A stretch of DNA of 64,000 bases from Botryllus schlosseri (GCA_051294905.1 CM119381.1:13082001-13146000); one strand, 5' to 3'. Numbered from the stretch's first letter, positions 24,327-38,500 are shown. Made by a program: numbers and translations. The notes: a model not told the origin generated them from the sequence alone.

Positions 24327-26131
24327 TTAGTGCGAAACTTGAAATTGAATTTGATTTTTCACAAGTTTGTCATAACGAGGTTTCATCGTGGAGGAAGCTG
24401 TGCACAAGAGCTGTTTCAGATGACGATCAGTCAATCGGTTGCGATATTTGCTTTTGATCCTCACTAATTTGCTGAAAAGGGCTTCACATACATAGGTTGA
24501 ACCGAACATGCAGGCATTCTTCGATGCGTTAGCTATCAGGTTGGGGTATTTTTCTTCAGGAACAGCACCCCAAAATTCAAGGAGTCCATTGCTTTGAAAC
24601 AACAGTCGCAATTCTATATCGGACTGCAAGTCCAGCAGTTCCATCTGAAAAATATCAGGGGCAGTGGCGGCATCTACTGCCATTGGGTTTGAAAATATAT
24701 TCATCAGGGGTACGGAATGATGCATTCCCTCTATTCGACGTTTAAACCCGTCAATCAAGGTACTAATAACCTGGTCATATGTTTTGAATGATCCATTCTG
24801 TCGGTGGTTTGAAAGCGTTACAAAATGTGTCGTAACACCCTCCTCTAGGTGCTTTCTCCAAAGACACAATTTCTCAATGAAACCAGACACTGTCCCGTAC
24901 CAGGCGTGACAGAGCTTGTTATTTCCTTGTAAGTTCCGATTTAGTGACGACAGGTGTGAGGTAATATCCACCATGAACGCCAAGTCAGCAACCCAGTGTT
25001 CGTTTCCCAACTGAGGGATGTCTTTCTTTCCTTCGACAATATTTTAATCTCAGGAAGTAGCGCGTAAAATCTTTTGAGGCATGCAGCTCGGCTTAGCCAT
25101 CGTACAGCGGTGAACATGATCAAGTCTCCATGGTCAGCATCAATATCGGTGAGAAAAGCCTTGAATTTTCGATGGTTAAGTGCGTTTGCTCGAATCCAAT
25201 TTACGGTCGATATTACTATATCTGTCACATTGGACATCTTTAATGATTTAGCAACAAGACTTTCCTGGTGTATAATGCAGTGTTGCCAAGTCACAGCGTC
25301 AAGATTCTGTTCAGCACGCCATTTGTTGACGAGTCCTTGAAGACCTAGATTTTTGCCGAGCATTGCTGGGCAGCCATCTGTCGCCAATGAATATAATTTC
25401 GATGGGTCTAAATGCGCTTCTTGAAGAGTAGCATGAAATTCACGAAACATGTCGGTTCCCTTCGTTGTGCCATGAATAGATCGCAAAGTAAGAAACTCCT
25501 CGCAAATCTTGAAATCTGGCATGACTCCCCGGATGAATACAGCTAATTGCTCTATGTCGGTAATGTCGTTAGTGCTGTCAAGAGCAAGCGAGTAGTAAGA
25601 AAAATCTTGCGACTTGTGAATAAGTTGCTCATGCAGATCTTGGGATATGCAATCGACACGACGCGTTACTGTATCATTGCTAAGCTGCAATTTTTTAGCT
25701 TTCTGCTGAATGGCAGGAGAACAATTGTCTTCGGTAAACAAAACAATAGCCTGCTTCGTAATTTCGCCATCAGAATATGGCTTCATATTGCTGGCCAATA
25801 GATGACTGATCTTATATGATGTTATTGTTACCTCTTCGGGTTCTTTTTTTTTTAAAAACATTTTTCCTTGTTTGCTACGCTCTGCTTTCAGACATTCTAA
25901 CTTCCGTTTCCTTGATTCACCTTGATAGACGTCGTATTTTCCCGCATGTGTTTTATAATGCCTCTTAACGTTGAAAGATTTTACACCGTTTATTATTATA
26001 GGGCACAGAAGGCATTTCGCTTTGCCGTTTTCCTCAATTTGAAAATACGCCTCTTCCCATTCACTTTGAAAGGCCCGATTTTCTTGCACAAGGGTGCGAG
26101 ATTTCTTTGCAGGTTGATCTGAACCTGACAT
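24327..26131 (-). pseudogene. hAT transposase, GTF2IRD2/SPIN/Buster-like, ~601 aa, single 1-nt frameshift near 25038
   Basis: The two ORFs join if one base is added (ATATT[T]GTC gives IFVEGKKDIPQLGNEHW). Catalytic motifs are intact: SLALD, ATDGCPAM, CIIH, FGSTYVCE. The likely start is MSGSDQ at 26131. Confidence 0.93.
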
Positions 26132-26849
26132 TATCATTGAACCAAAGTCTCCGATATTTTCTAACGCTATCAAGATCAAAGCAAAGAGTAAGAAAATAAA
26201 GTACCTGCAGTTACCCCAAACGTTGATTGTCTTATTGACCGAGTCTCTTGTCACCCGTATTCTAATATGAGCCGCCGTCTCGAGCGAAATAAACTTCGCC
26301 CGTCTCATTACAGACACCTGATTAGGCTTAGGTCAGACGGTCAGAGCCTTCAGTAAAGCAGTAAAGGTTCGGATTTAAAGCCTACCGAAATTACTATCGG
26401 TAATGTTACGTCACAACCCGTACAACTTGTATTACGTAGGATTCTATTGTGATCAGGGAATGACCTTCGCGTCAGTAAACGTGAACATAAACGTACATTT
26501 GTTGTGTTGAAGGCGCGATTTATTTATGATCATGAATAATTAGAATTTCCGTAGAAGCATCAATGATTTCACATCGTTAGTGAGAGCCGCACGGAGAGCA
26601 GTCGAGAGCCGCATGCGGCTCGGAGAGCCGCGGTTGAGAATCACTGCTCTAGTGGTAGGCAAAATTCCAATACCGTGGTGACTTTACGATTCTTGGAAGT
26701 TACAATGGAATGCCTGTCTTGGCCATCCGTCATGCGCAATGACTCGAGTACAAGACAAATCAATACATAAATTGTCTCAAATCGACTCAAGTCGAGTCAC
26801 CAAAATATCGCAACTGGGGTTGAGTCATTACAGCTCCGAGAACTATCTG

Positions 26850-28670
26850 ATTAGAAGTATAGAGGTGTGATATTTTCGACCACATATATTTGCATTATAT
26901 TCTTGAAATCGTTTATTGACCATAACTTTTGATAGAAATGTGGCGGATAATGCTAGCATTTTTTTCTTTTAGTAAGCATTGCATCTCTGGGCCTGATGAC
27001 ACGCCTGGTCTATCGCACCGCACCAATCAGTCGAGATACAAGTAGAAGTAGGTCTCTAAATTCGATCTGCAATACTGTTCGCATTGCTTCCCTTGTGGCA
27101 TTTTGTACTTCTGTATTAGTGGATGAGGACTACAGATTCGCCAGTTGAGTTATGTTCGTTCTCGATGACCCGAATTATGGTGGTCAGTATATTGTCATGT
27201 CCATGTATCAATATAATGTTGTAGTTACATAATTTTCAACGGCGTTATCCGGCCTATTTGTCGTAGCACTGAACGCATCATATACGCGCGCTTTAGCACG
27301 CATACGCCAGCCGCCAGGCCACGAAGCTTGTAGTCATTGCGTAACGCCCTGACGAGCAGTATTACTCACGCGTACTTATCCACGGAATTCCAACGTTCTC
27401 GTACGCAGACGGTATTTATTACCGTCTGCAGTCTAGACAGGTCACGTGCTCCGTCGTATGTGGTGGATTAGGCAATAACGCCAGTACAAACGATCAATCC
27501 TTGTCTCTCGTTTACTGGAGTACGGTTTGTATCCTCGATGCGCGAGTGCCTAAATTAAACCTCACTACCGATTTATCCACAGAAGAGTGAGCCAGACTAT
27601 AATGGAATATTATACATCATCGCAAGTCTGCGTTTACTTGAGAAAGGCCGAACTCAAAGTAACTCTCTTTCAATAAATCCCGCGTCGTTGCCCGGCATGA
27701 CCTCGCGGCTAAAAGAGCACGAACGAAGTCTAGGTATCATTCTCTCGGCTCGCAGCTCGTTCTCTTTATTTCTCACGCCCAAACCGTCAGTGAGTACGAC
27801 TGTAGCCTACTTATTTATCTTCACGATTGGCACCTTCCCCGTGGGTTAGCACGACCAGACCTATCACTGGGACATTTAGTCCCAACTAAGACTCATTCTA
27901 CTGAGCGTGCATAGATTTTGACTGTGTAATAAGCTCGTCGCAAGGTTTGCGCATAGGTGACAACTAGCAGCTGATATGGGGATCGGGACTGATCACACAT
28001 AAGATATCCATACTCCTAAAATTACGGAATGGCAATAATACGTACGCCGCAAGAAGTATCTGACCTATTCCGGAATATCACTTGGAAAGACCGGCAAAGT
28101 TTCGTTGCAACGTAGCTCGCCAACGGAGTGAGATAATGAAAGAGATGAATCGTGTCCGCAGATGACTTTCGTGTGGTACATCGAGAGTTATTCACACGTA
28201 ACCCGGGCTTACCAGACCTCTCGTAAGCCTTTAGAAAGCCGTTGCGCGCTCGGACAGCGTCAGAGGCGTGTTGAAATTGTTGCATACCAACTTTTTCAGA
28301 AACATACTTTTCATGTCGTTTAGTACGGAGGAAGTACATAAATATTCACACAGAAATATTGATAGATCAATCAAATGAGCGGAACAGAAATGCAGAGTAT
28401 CTTATAGATAGGGATGGATGAGCTTCAGCGTATACCTTGTCAAGTCGAAGGCTGAGTGAGGTATAACATCATGCATAAGATATAAATGGACTTATTTTTA
28501 TTTTTAATAGCGTCTGCGGGTTTGCTGTCCCTTTGATCTACATGAATATTAAAATTGGCCGTTACCAAGGCAACGTATACCGTGCAAGTACAGGTGACGG
28601 GATATAGTAAGACAGCAGCAGACATCCCTCTGTTTCCGCCAGTTGCAAATCACTTTCAAAACTTTTGGCT
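26850..28670 (+). promoter_or_regulatory. Putative cis-regulatory/promoter region upstream of a candidate first exon
   Basis: About 1.8 kb with no recognised TE, visibly CpG-richer than the flanks. It contains CCAAT motifs, a CACGTG E-box (~27443) and TATAAAT (~28480). Function is inferred only. Confidence 0.3.
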
Positions 28671-28673
28671 AAG

Positions 28674-28788
28674 ATGGCTGTTCCGTTGTTATTTCTTGCG
28701 TATGGCATTTTCCATATATTTCACGCTGGTTACAGTGGGACGATTTCAAAACACCCTGTCGAGTCTTCCTGTGGACCCCAATGGCCAG
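28674..28788 (+). CDS. Candidate first coding exon with signal-peptide-like start (MAVPLLFLAYGIFHIFHAGYSGTISKHPVESSCGPQWP)
   Basis: AG immediately before ATGG, hydrophobic N-terminus, donor CAG|GTGAAG (phase 1). No homology identified. Confidence 0.38.
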
Positions 28789-28978
28789 GTGAAGTGGTTA
28801 TGTCAATACCTAGTAAAATTCTCACAAAGTTCATTTATGATATGGTATGATAGTAACTAATATGGCAATATCGGGTATCGTTTTCGTGACAAATTTGGAT
28901 AGGACCTTCCTGATGTTCATACAATGATGATTGGTGATCTCTCGTCTACCTGTCAGTGATACTTATTGTTGGGTATAG

Positions 28979-29133
28979 CCGACGACAACATAGGCCCGAT
29001 GTTGCTTACTATACTCCGTTCAAAGCGTATGCTCACTGCTCAGTCTTCCAATCCATACTTCGATGGCGCTATCTGCGACCAACGCTCAGCACACGTTGCT
29101 GCAATCATCAATGGAATCACGCCACACCCATGA
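28979..29133 (+). CDS. Candidate terminal exon for 28674 (ADDNIGPMLLTILRSKRMLTAQSSNPYFDGAICDQRSAHVAAIINGITPHP*)
   Basis: Phase-1 compatible TAG| acceptor and a furin-type RSKR motif. The acceptor is weak and an alternative one exists at 28957. Confidence 0.25.
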
Positions 29134-29859
29134 GGCCTGGGGCTCTTCGTCTTTTGGTCGTCACAGTCGACTACCAGTGGTAACCCGGGGTAGACGTAAC
29201 TAGAACAGGTGTTTCTGGACCAGCGAATTCATCAAAATGGCGCAAATGGAAAGCGGGGTCATACGAGTTCGGCTTACTATGCCTATTGCCTACTCTAGTG
29301 CAGGGTACAGTTGACCGGTTCATGTAAATGGAATTTGACTGCCGAGGTCGACGACTTACAGCGGCATGGGCACCGCTAGTGGTTATCTTCCTAATGAAAT
29401 TGCCGCAATCTACCTAGAGTATGAAAAATCGTAAGAAGTGTGGCCCAGTTTTCTAATTCCGTTGTTTCACTAAGTCATGGTTCCGTGGAATCGGTATTTG
29501 CTATTCGGCGATGCTGATGTATTGGGTTTTGCTATAGTTAATGCTGATGCTTCTTCGGCGCAGGCAAATATAAAATTCAAGATTACTTTGAACAATGTCC
29601 TGACACGAAGTTGGCTGAAAATTTGCTGAAACGAATTATATTATAAAATCAGACAACGTTTTCCCACGATGTTCAGTTCACTCTTGTTTTTCTTTAATTG
29701 GTATGATTTTGATTCACGAATCCTCTACCAACAAGACTCCGACAAATCAGTGAAATACTAACGGAATTAACTATAGGTTCGTGACCCGTTACGTCCCAAT
29801 AAACGTTTGCATATGCTAGAGCACTCGAATGGTTTGATCCAATACCCATAGCCCTATAG

Positions 29860-30243
29860 TAGGGGTGCTCAAAAGTAACTTTTTTCAAGAACGTTTTGGA
29901 TTTATTACATAAAAATTTAATAAAAATTTAGTCACCGTAAATACTATTTCATTCAAATCCAAATTTTTCGACTGCAATAACTCCGCTTCCACTGGTTGGA
30001 ATTGAGCCAAATTCGTTTTTGTAGACAACCTAACAATTTCTTAGGGTGAGCAAGCAGTTTTGACTAAAAAATTTATTTAATTTTTACATAATAAATCCAA
30101 AACTTTCTTCCCTTGTAACAATACGACTACTGGTTGGAATTGAACCGAATTTGGTGTGCAGAGTTTTTTTATAGCAAACCTAATCATTCTATCAAGTAGC
30201 CAGTGAAATTAAAAAAAAGAAGGTTATTTTGTTGAACACCCTT
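29860..30243. mobile_element. Old Tc1/mariner-like MITE with internal inverted repeat
   Basis: Degenerate ends GGGTGCTCAA / TTGAACACCC. Positions 29893-29934 are inverted at 30061-30103. Confidence 0.45.
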
Positions 30244-33118
30244 TCCTTATAGTTTTGACTCTTGTTTTTATTTGAAAACGCACGTTAATATTTCGAAGTT
30301 GTTGTAAGCGCAGTGATGGTAAGTATGCGGATAATTATGGTAGTATCGATGAATTTATATCCCTGATGTGGCGTAAACCTCAAGCTGAGAAATTTCACTA
30401 ATTTAGGCAATGCTATCTTTTTATAATAATTTTTTAGTTATCCATACTTTTAAAAGCATCACAGGCGCTGGGCAGAGACATGACAGTGTCGAAGCGGCAA
30501 CGACTCACTTTGGTTTACAATAGCTCTAAATTACACTATATAGGGCGATACAGCATTACAGATCATAAATAAGGAGGATTTTGCGGTGGGCAATAGACCT
30601 TAGGGTATTGTGAGCTAGTAAAATGTTTCAGCTTTGATTCTTTCATTATTTGATCCCACAAATTATATGCACCATCTTGGTGAATTTGGTCTACTTTAAA
30701 TTTTTCGACTGAATATAACCAAGAGCAAACAGAAACGGGCCAAAGTCGAAATACTACAATGATTTTGCCGCTAGACATCCTTATTTTCCATGGCTAATAA
30801 ACAGACTCATGAACTACATGAGCTATGCAACTCACAGTAACAAGTGCTGGTACATATTCGATTATAAAATAACCAAGAACGAGCACGGAAATATTTCCAT
30901 GTTGTTATGTCATATGGTATGTTGTTCTTGAGTCCCAGCAAGACAGAATACTATCCCGTTTTTCGATCGGTACTTCAAGAAGTGGGCCGTGGCTCGCAGT
31001 ATATTTTCAAAAACAAAGTGGATTACTGCAATAAAATGATTGGAACATTATGGTCCAAGGTATATAACATAACATAACATAGGAAAACTATGTAAAATAC
31101 CTCAAGGAACTAACCGTTGACAGCCGAGTATGCCGTATCAATTTCTCTTCCATAACTCTTTCAAAAGAAATTAACGTTTTTTCTCCTGTGGTCTAAGTAG
31201 AATAGTTTGTACATAATCAATAATGTTGTAGTAGAATAGGAGATGGATTGACGGCCACCTGTGTATATTTTTTCTGCCGTCAAACGAATTACACATGTAT
31301 TTTACTACGCACGACTGCTGTGTAATTCTCAGTATAATAAATGCTGCCGCTGAGTATGGGAAGTGGTCGAATTTGTGTTCTACAGTATACAAATCCTATT
31401 ATGATGCAGTTGAATAATGACTCCTAAAATATAAGGCCATCACAACGCAACAATATCATATACTATACATGTATGTCGGCATGATATACTACGACCGGTG
31501 ACGATTCAAGTCACACTGCGGCCATTTTAGTCTGGAAATGCATCACGTACTGGTTGCTGATATTCGACAATAGTCGAACCACAAGGCACAGACTCCGTGC
31601 AATTTCGCAAGGTAAATACAGTTAATATAGTTGAACTGTGTACTGATAACAAAGCATGTGATTGTGATTTGAATTTGTTAGTTAAATTGCTCTTTTGGTT
31701 GATTTTCTGCGTGCTGTGTTCGGAAACTGACTCACATAACCGGTTGAGTCAGCAGAAAAAATGGCGGCAGCAAATCGGGTATGAAGGCATACGATGCCCA
31801 ACGGTAGACGTACATTTTTGCGATTGACTAAATCAACTTGAAACAACTACAAGGCATATATATAATCAGTACCACAGTACTGTACGACCGTATCCCTATA
31901 CTACTTATAGTAACATGATTCCGAAGGTGGCCGGATCGTATATATATGCCTGTTTCATCAGGTATCGTTCGGCGGCCATTTTGATTTTTAGCGACGAGAC
32001 AATAATTGGATTAATATGTTAAAACCAGTTAACCTCAGACGCGCTTGTTAGTTGTTACATAGTATCCTAACACTGTACGTGTAGTTGAGTTAACTTTGCG
32101 CAATTAGTCTCAGATTGTTGAAGCCGAAAATTTTGTATCAAAATGTTGCTGTGATTTATAATATCAAGGGAAAGCCTATAGCTTCAGACAGTGGTAAAAT
32201 TGTCAGCGTCTTGGCCATTTTATTGTTCTTATTCTTATAATATTACCACCTGATGTGGTTAAGTCATACTATGATTTAATTCTATCAATCAGCATAAAAC
32301 ATATAATGTACTAAACATTGGTTTTTAACTGAAAACCTAATCATGATGCCTGGGTTTTTTGTAAAATCAGCATGACACTGACATGTATGGAGGGGTCATA
32401 TAAAAACGAAATTGGTACTCATTTCAGTGGCATAGACGTCACACTCTTGCTATCATGGTGCAGTTAGTTGGTCTTATAGGTGATGAATGCAATCTTTTTT
32501 TACAGAAACAGGTTAGAAGATTGTTCAAGTTCTGATTTTTTTATAACGATGAATATTATCTGAAAAATCGATGGTGCCGACAACTGGTTCACGAAATTGC
32601 GGAACATTTTTAGAAAATAACTCTAATGTTGCAACATGAATTACATCAGTCTGTGCATTATTTTACTTTCAATGTTGAACCTATCGACTCGGAGAATATA
32701 TGAATTTATATAGATATTTATAATTATAAACGGCTGCTCAAGATTTCTGATAGTATGTCCTTTCCTTACCTATCAATTATATCATCTCTCTGTTTCAAAT
32801 CATCCGCAATGAATACGTCCTCGCAAGCAGGGGCGTAGGAGCATATGCTGACTCCCTGGCTTTCGTTGAAAATGCCGCCCTAAGTAGACCGCAGCAAATT
32901 TGGAAATAATTTCATGTCCAGGCAATCTTTTCAATAAAAATAATTACAAATAATGTGCCGCGTTTCAGAAGTTCTTTAGTGCGTGAGGAAGAAGCCTCAA
33001 TGTCTCATCGGATGCTTTAGAGTAGGCATACTCTCGCGTGTCATAAAAGAGCACCACTCAAACAAACTTGAGGAAATATCGATGAGATTATTTTATCACT
33101 GTTTAATGTTGCACATTA

Positions 33119-33361
33119 TTAACTAACAACTGAAAGTAAGGTATGAAATCGTTTTTCCAGTGCTCCCCCCATCAATGAATCGATGTGCCTGATTGAACCT
33201 CTCTTCGTAGATTTGATCTCACACAAACAAGAAAAACTCCTTTCGTATAAATACATTGCTGGCGTTTGAATCAGCACAAAAAGGTTTGGTACTTCCAACA
33301 GCTGCAACCGAAAGTCCGCGTATGGTGTCTCTTTTAATACCAATTCCATAGCAAAATTCAT
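33119..33361 (-). pseudogene. Decayed Buster/ZBED-type hAT transposase C-terminus
   Basis: TPAMYLYERSFSCLCEIKSTKRGSIRHIDSLMGGALE resembles the FptTYLCExxFSxLxxIKxKxR motif. No matching ends were found. Confidence 0.72.
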
Positions 33362-34358
33362 GGTTTTTGCTCACTAGTTTTTTTCTAATTATCTGTTCCG
33401 TGTGACATGTTGGCGATGCGCTCTTTTCGTATACTGGTGCACTCTCTGAATATTTGGTTCACCGTGGTAAAAACGGTGAAAGAACACTGCTGTATGGCTA
33501 ATGCGTGGTTCTATGTCAAACTCCTGTAGAGGGACATTGGACATACAGGGTCCTGTGGTTAACTTATATAGAGGTGCCTATAGGCAGTGGTCGGATACAG
33601 AACGGAATTGTATAAGATCACCGAGCAATACTACCAATGACTTTCTGTAACAGAACCGGCTGAAAAATATGACATTTGTCATAGAACAGGCTGACAAAAA
33701 ATCGAAACCTACCACTGGACCTAGAGTTTATGTCCTATACTATATTTTAATGTGGGTGGGTCAGCACATTTTGGCTTGGTGTCATATCTCAAGGACCAGA
33801 GCTAATCAACAGATTGCAAGTTGATATTCGTTATCAGCGACCTCAAATTAGCCAGAAACCGCTTTAGAAGCAAAATGGATGTTGAAAAGTGTCACTAGTA
33901 TCGGCCACATTGTTTTATTGGTAGGTCACGTTTATAACAAATTGGCATGGAGTTGATAGCTTGTAATAAATTAATGATTTAAACCAGGCAGTTGAGGCGA
34001 TGGTACCCAAGTTCGGCACTACATAGCCCAATGAAATGGGAATCAATGCTTCCACGTTTCAATAGAGCACTTGATCAGGGTGAAAATATAAAATAAAAAT
34101 CCCGTGGAGCTTAATCTCAAAGTCTTAATCCCCCGATATCCCTCGGTGTGGTTCACTGTCGCGGTTTTTCATATATTCTACACTCGCTAAAAGTCACGCA
34201 ATTATACTATAGGTATAGATAGAACAATAATACTTTAGGATATCGGTCGGTACGACGACCCGGAAGACATAATAAAGTAAATTTCTAGTTTCCGGGTACA
34301 TACCGATAAAAGGAAATATAGAAACAATAAAATACGATTTGTTATCGATTGATATCAG

Positions 34359-34527
34359 CTCATGCAGACGACGTTGTTCAAAAATTTGTCCCGCTAAAAT
34401 TTTACGGTGTACGGTATGAACCTCGACCAGAATACCGCTCTGAAATAAGCGAGCGTGTTTCAGAAGGCACAATTAAATTTGAAAACCTCAGTCACCCCTT
34501 CGCAACTTCGGAGACTTTTCTTTATTG
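34359..34527 (+). CDS. Candidate internal exon (HADDVVQKFVPLKFYGVRYEPRPEY...ETFLY)
   Basis: Open frame after TATCAG|, phase 1 in and phase 2 out. The donor TG|GTATTC is weak. Confidence 0.22.
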
Positions 34528-34967
34528 GTATTCGGCAAGTTCGTCGCTAATTAGGCCTACTCTGTATTTGCGAGAGACAGCGCTTACTCTTAGCAATTCA
34601 AGCCGTGTTCCCCGGAAATATATGGGATAAACTTTAACAATATATACATGTAGGATTTGAACTTTTCATATAATTTTATCGGTCTGTGGGAGTAGTATGA
34701 TGCGTAACGCGTAAGGGACGTATAACATTATTACAGAAATTACAGAAATTACAGGTACGATCGTTCTATATATGTACTATAGCGCAGCCTCCTAACCAGC
34801 AGAGGGTGGCGAGGATTTTACATCTACAAAACTATCGCCACACATAAAAGTGCGTTCAATTGTGAGATGGTCCTAACAACACTTCTCGTTCTGGATTTCG
34901 TGAATTATCGAAACTGAAATATGTAGCGTTTCGTTTAAAACGAACCCTTGTAAACTATGCTCTAAAC

Positions 34968-35535
34968 CTGTGGTTCTCAACCGTCGCCCCCCCCAAATAT
35001 ATTTCAATTTTATTCTCCATTGCAAAATGGAAGAAGTTGAAGACCTGTCCATTAATCATCGAAATGAAAGACCAAATTTTAAACTTTCGAAATTTAAAAC
35101 ACAATTTAGAGCGCCTTCCGACGTGGTATATCGTTCATGATCCACTTTCGACATATCCCATTGCTGCAAGTGTTGTACCAAACTCTTCAAAAGTAGCCTA
35201 AAACTTCTTTATGTTTAAGCTGAGTAGACTTTGAAACAAAATCCAACGGAACCCGGCAACAGACCTACAGTTTATCGACATTTGACAGTATATACAAAAT
35301 TCTATCGAACAACATAGTCAGATTTCTTTCAAAATAAACCCAACAGTCAATATCGAGATGGTGGTTTTAAGTAAAACCACACATGGTATGACAGCAGTGA
35401 ACTTCTCAATCAAACTAACAGTTTTGAGTTTAGCGCTCTTCTGACTTAATTTCGATTTTGGATGGTTCACCGATCCACAAAATATGTTTTGAACATTTTA
35501 CCAATTCGCAAGCTCAGAAGGGTTGAGAACCACCG
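34968..35535. mobile_element. Old Charlie-type hAT MITE
   Basis: Ends CTGTGGTTCTCAACC / GGTTGAGAACCACCG. The TSD is decayed. Confidence 0.6.
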
Positions 35536-38500
35536 TTGAAAACCATGTTTCATAAAATAACTTGTTTTCAAAGTGGTTATGTGGAAATTGTCTCAATATT
35601 TCCGAAAGACCAGCACGTAGCGCGAGCCCGTGGTCGACTTGAACTACAAGTATCTGACTTATGATACGGAACCCTATCCGTCCTCTTTATAGATAGGCAG
35701 TTTCATCATACAGCCTATATTGCAATTAACCAGCATACGGGCAACTTCTCAAGCCTGATATGGTAACGTTAAATATTCGCCGGGACATCGTCACGGATTC
35801 ATTGAAAGGCGGTAAATACACGCCAGTGATAATATTGAAGTGACAATTCGATCAGTTGTAACCGTATTTCTTGAATATATAGGAAATCAATGATCCATTT
35901 GATCATGACTTAAGAACATGAGAAACATGTTTTAAACAATGGCATTGTTTTAAACATCTATGATTTCAATGCAATTCTTATTTTAAATAAAACCCCAGTA
36001 TATACCCCCTCGCCATAACCCGTTCCCGGAATTACACATGCCCGAACCCCAAGTTTACGAAATGCAGGCGGGAACTCGTGGGAAATTGAGGTGAAAGACG
36101 CCTCGTGCCAATGATTTTATAGGCCTTGCTAGGTCTACAATGCCCCGTACGGTTTCATAGGGCTAGATATTCACATCAAGCTGGGTGGAGCAATTGTAGA
36201 GATGTGGCTTGGCGTTTATAATAGTAAATAGTAAACGTATAATCGATTTGATTAAATAATCCAGTATTTTGTTAGAGAGATAACCGGTGTTCTGGAAGTA
36301 TACTAGTAGAGTATGCCTATATTTGGTAAGCGAGATTAAGAAAAAAGGAAATAATAATTATACTAGAAAGGGAGTTGTAAATTGCACACTATGCATATCA
36401 TTAGCGGACATGATGTAACCAACAAAATGGCAGCTATTTCAAAGGCCATACAGACAGAAATTAATGCCCGTCGTGAGTCAATCATATAGCGATGCTGTTG
36501 TGGTCTGCGCTCAAAATCCTAAGGACTTGTATTGACTCACCCAAATACTTCCGATAGCCGCAAAGTTTCACCTCGTCGTCTGGGGATGAAATCGTCTCTC
36601 GTTATCACTTTTTCAGCTATCCAATCTTGAATAGGACAATAAATCGGAGCTTAGGTCAAGTGGTTTGTTGCAAGATTGTGACACTGATAAATAACGAATT
36701 ATTGGAATGAATATTTTCGTTCAACCCCGTTCACCTTTTTAGTTGTTATTCTGAAAGCGGGAAGTCGACGCTGGTGGGTTACTCAAAATTAGTTGGTTTC
36801 ACCAGTTTCTTGTGGGGAATGCGAACTGGCAGACAACTTACTTGAAGCTTTGCCAGTTCTTGAAATTGCGGATTATTCTTTCTTAGGTATGTTACTTTGG
36901 TTTACGACAGCTTGAGACTCAGTCATATCCTTGCCCCGGGTGCTTTCATGTACGCTAAGCCAGTCAGCGAATTGTACGATTATGCCATGCGCTTGTTGCT
37001 TTCATCCACCGTTTTTTTACGCTTGCTATTTTCTGACAGACCATCGATCCTAAATTTAAATATCAGGATTAAAAAAAAAAAATATTTCGACTACTGATGA
37101 AACTCTACCACTAGTACTGATTGTCTAACTTAAATTCCAGTTTTGTACTTGAAGGGTAGGTCTATGTGAGATATGTAGCCTATAGCTATTATACTTATTT
37201 ACGATAGTAATACTATTACCGTTATACAATCGTATTGGGTGGGACCAAAATTTGTCATCGATCAAAGTAATGAACTGCTGCAAAGTGATGGTAGTATATA
37301 TGCTTGCAATCCAAATTCAGATTGACCGGACTGGACAAACTCTTGTTCTGTATAATCTACTAGCAATACTGTGATACTTCGTCCCCATTGATGAATAGGA
37401 GATACAGTATATGACATTGTACAATGTACAGTGAATTACAATTAGGCGGAATACAGGTAATAACGCTATAATGGCGGAAATCGCCATTACGAGCACACTA
37501 GTTTTCCAACCGCGTTATTGGTCGTACAGTTGTTGATTACTGATACGTTAGATACAGATCGCAGTCAGGAGTGACATGGCATGTCCTTGTGGATGCGCCC
37601 TGGCTCCTTGGTTTGCAGGTTTGGTCAGCTTGGATTTTGTAGAAATTCCTTTTTAATCAATTGGGCTTGGGCAGCGGAGAGGCTGAATCCCTGGTATTGC
37701 TGGTCGGACAGTGTATTGCTTCCGTATATGATGCTAGCAGACAAGTGGGTGGGTTGCTTTAAAGCGAATCCTTTCCTATACTATGTTTTGTTCATAGATT
37801 ATACCGCGGCTTGCGAGGTATAATTAGATGCCCTTACTATTTGAAGGTACTCGTTTCTTATTCCAAACTAAAAGGGCGGGGATCTATGTTGAATGTCTGA
37901 TCTTCCTCGCAACAACAAAAATGCCGTAAGACAGTTGTGAGCAACCCGCGTCCATCAGCGAAAATTGGTGCAGTTCGTGAAGTAGTACTTTCGAGTTACG
38001 GCCAAAATAACACTAAAATAACTAAAATATTAGTGATATGTCCTTGGTAACCTGAAATTCGTCTCCAGGTAATTAGAATTATTATGTGTAGTTGATTACC
38101 GAGTTTTATTGCCAATTCTTCGCGATCACCTTTATGTTTATCTATTTCATATGAGTTGGTTGACCATGCAGGATAAGCTACTAGAAAGCATACGTGCCAC
38201 CCCAGTTTTCACGGCGTTATTTATATATGGCGCACTTGTCAGAAAGGTTGCGCAGAATGCACTCTCTGTTAGCCGAGTTTGAAATTTTACTTTTCAATTT
38301 AGGCTTTGTGAACAGCGTGACATCCTATTCAGCTCGCAACCGGGTAAACCTGTCGTTGTTTTAAATTCAGGGATATTCATCAGGGTCGTGATGTATTTCT
38401 GATATTTGATAGCTTGAAGTGATATTCCGCAATCCTTGTTTTGTTAATTGTCATCTTCGTCATTTTCCTCTCCGTAATGAAAATCACTCGCGTTGTAAAT

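Larger units (their letters stand above)
23752..26646 (-). mobile_element. Near-full-length Buster/SPIN-like hAT transposon (2895 bp)
   Basis: TIR CAGTGGTTCTCAA / TTGAGAATCACTG (12/13), perfect TSD CTCTAGTG, GAGCCGC subterminal repeats including the GAGCCGCATGCGGCTC palindrome, and a transposase gene. Confidence 0.96.
23434..26838 (+). mobile_element. Old CAGGGTTGTAA-family MITE split by the 23752-26646 transposon
   Basis: Halves 23434-23751 and 26655-26838 are colinear with 50919-51475. Confidence 0.78.

Noticed and set aside
26132-26317. 62-aa N-terminal extension of the transposase ORF
   Set aside because: It starts at a GTG and does not resemble the family. The ATG at 26131 (or 26137) gives the typical ~600-aa length.
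26990-27050. CTGATGA as a hammerhead ribozyme core (other hits at 12708, 22965, 37095)
   Set aside because: No properly placed GAAA or stem II/III pairing was found.
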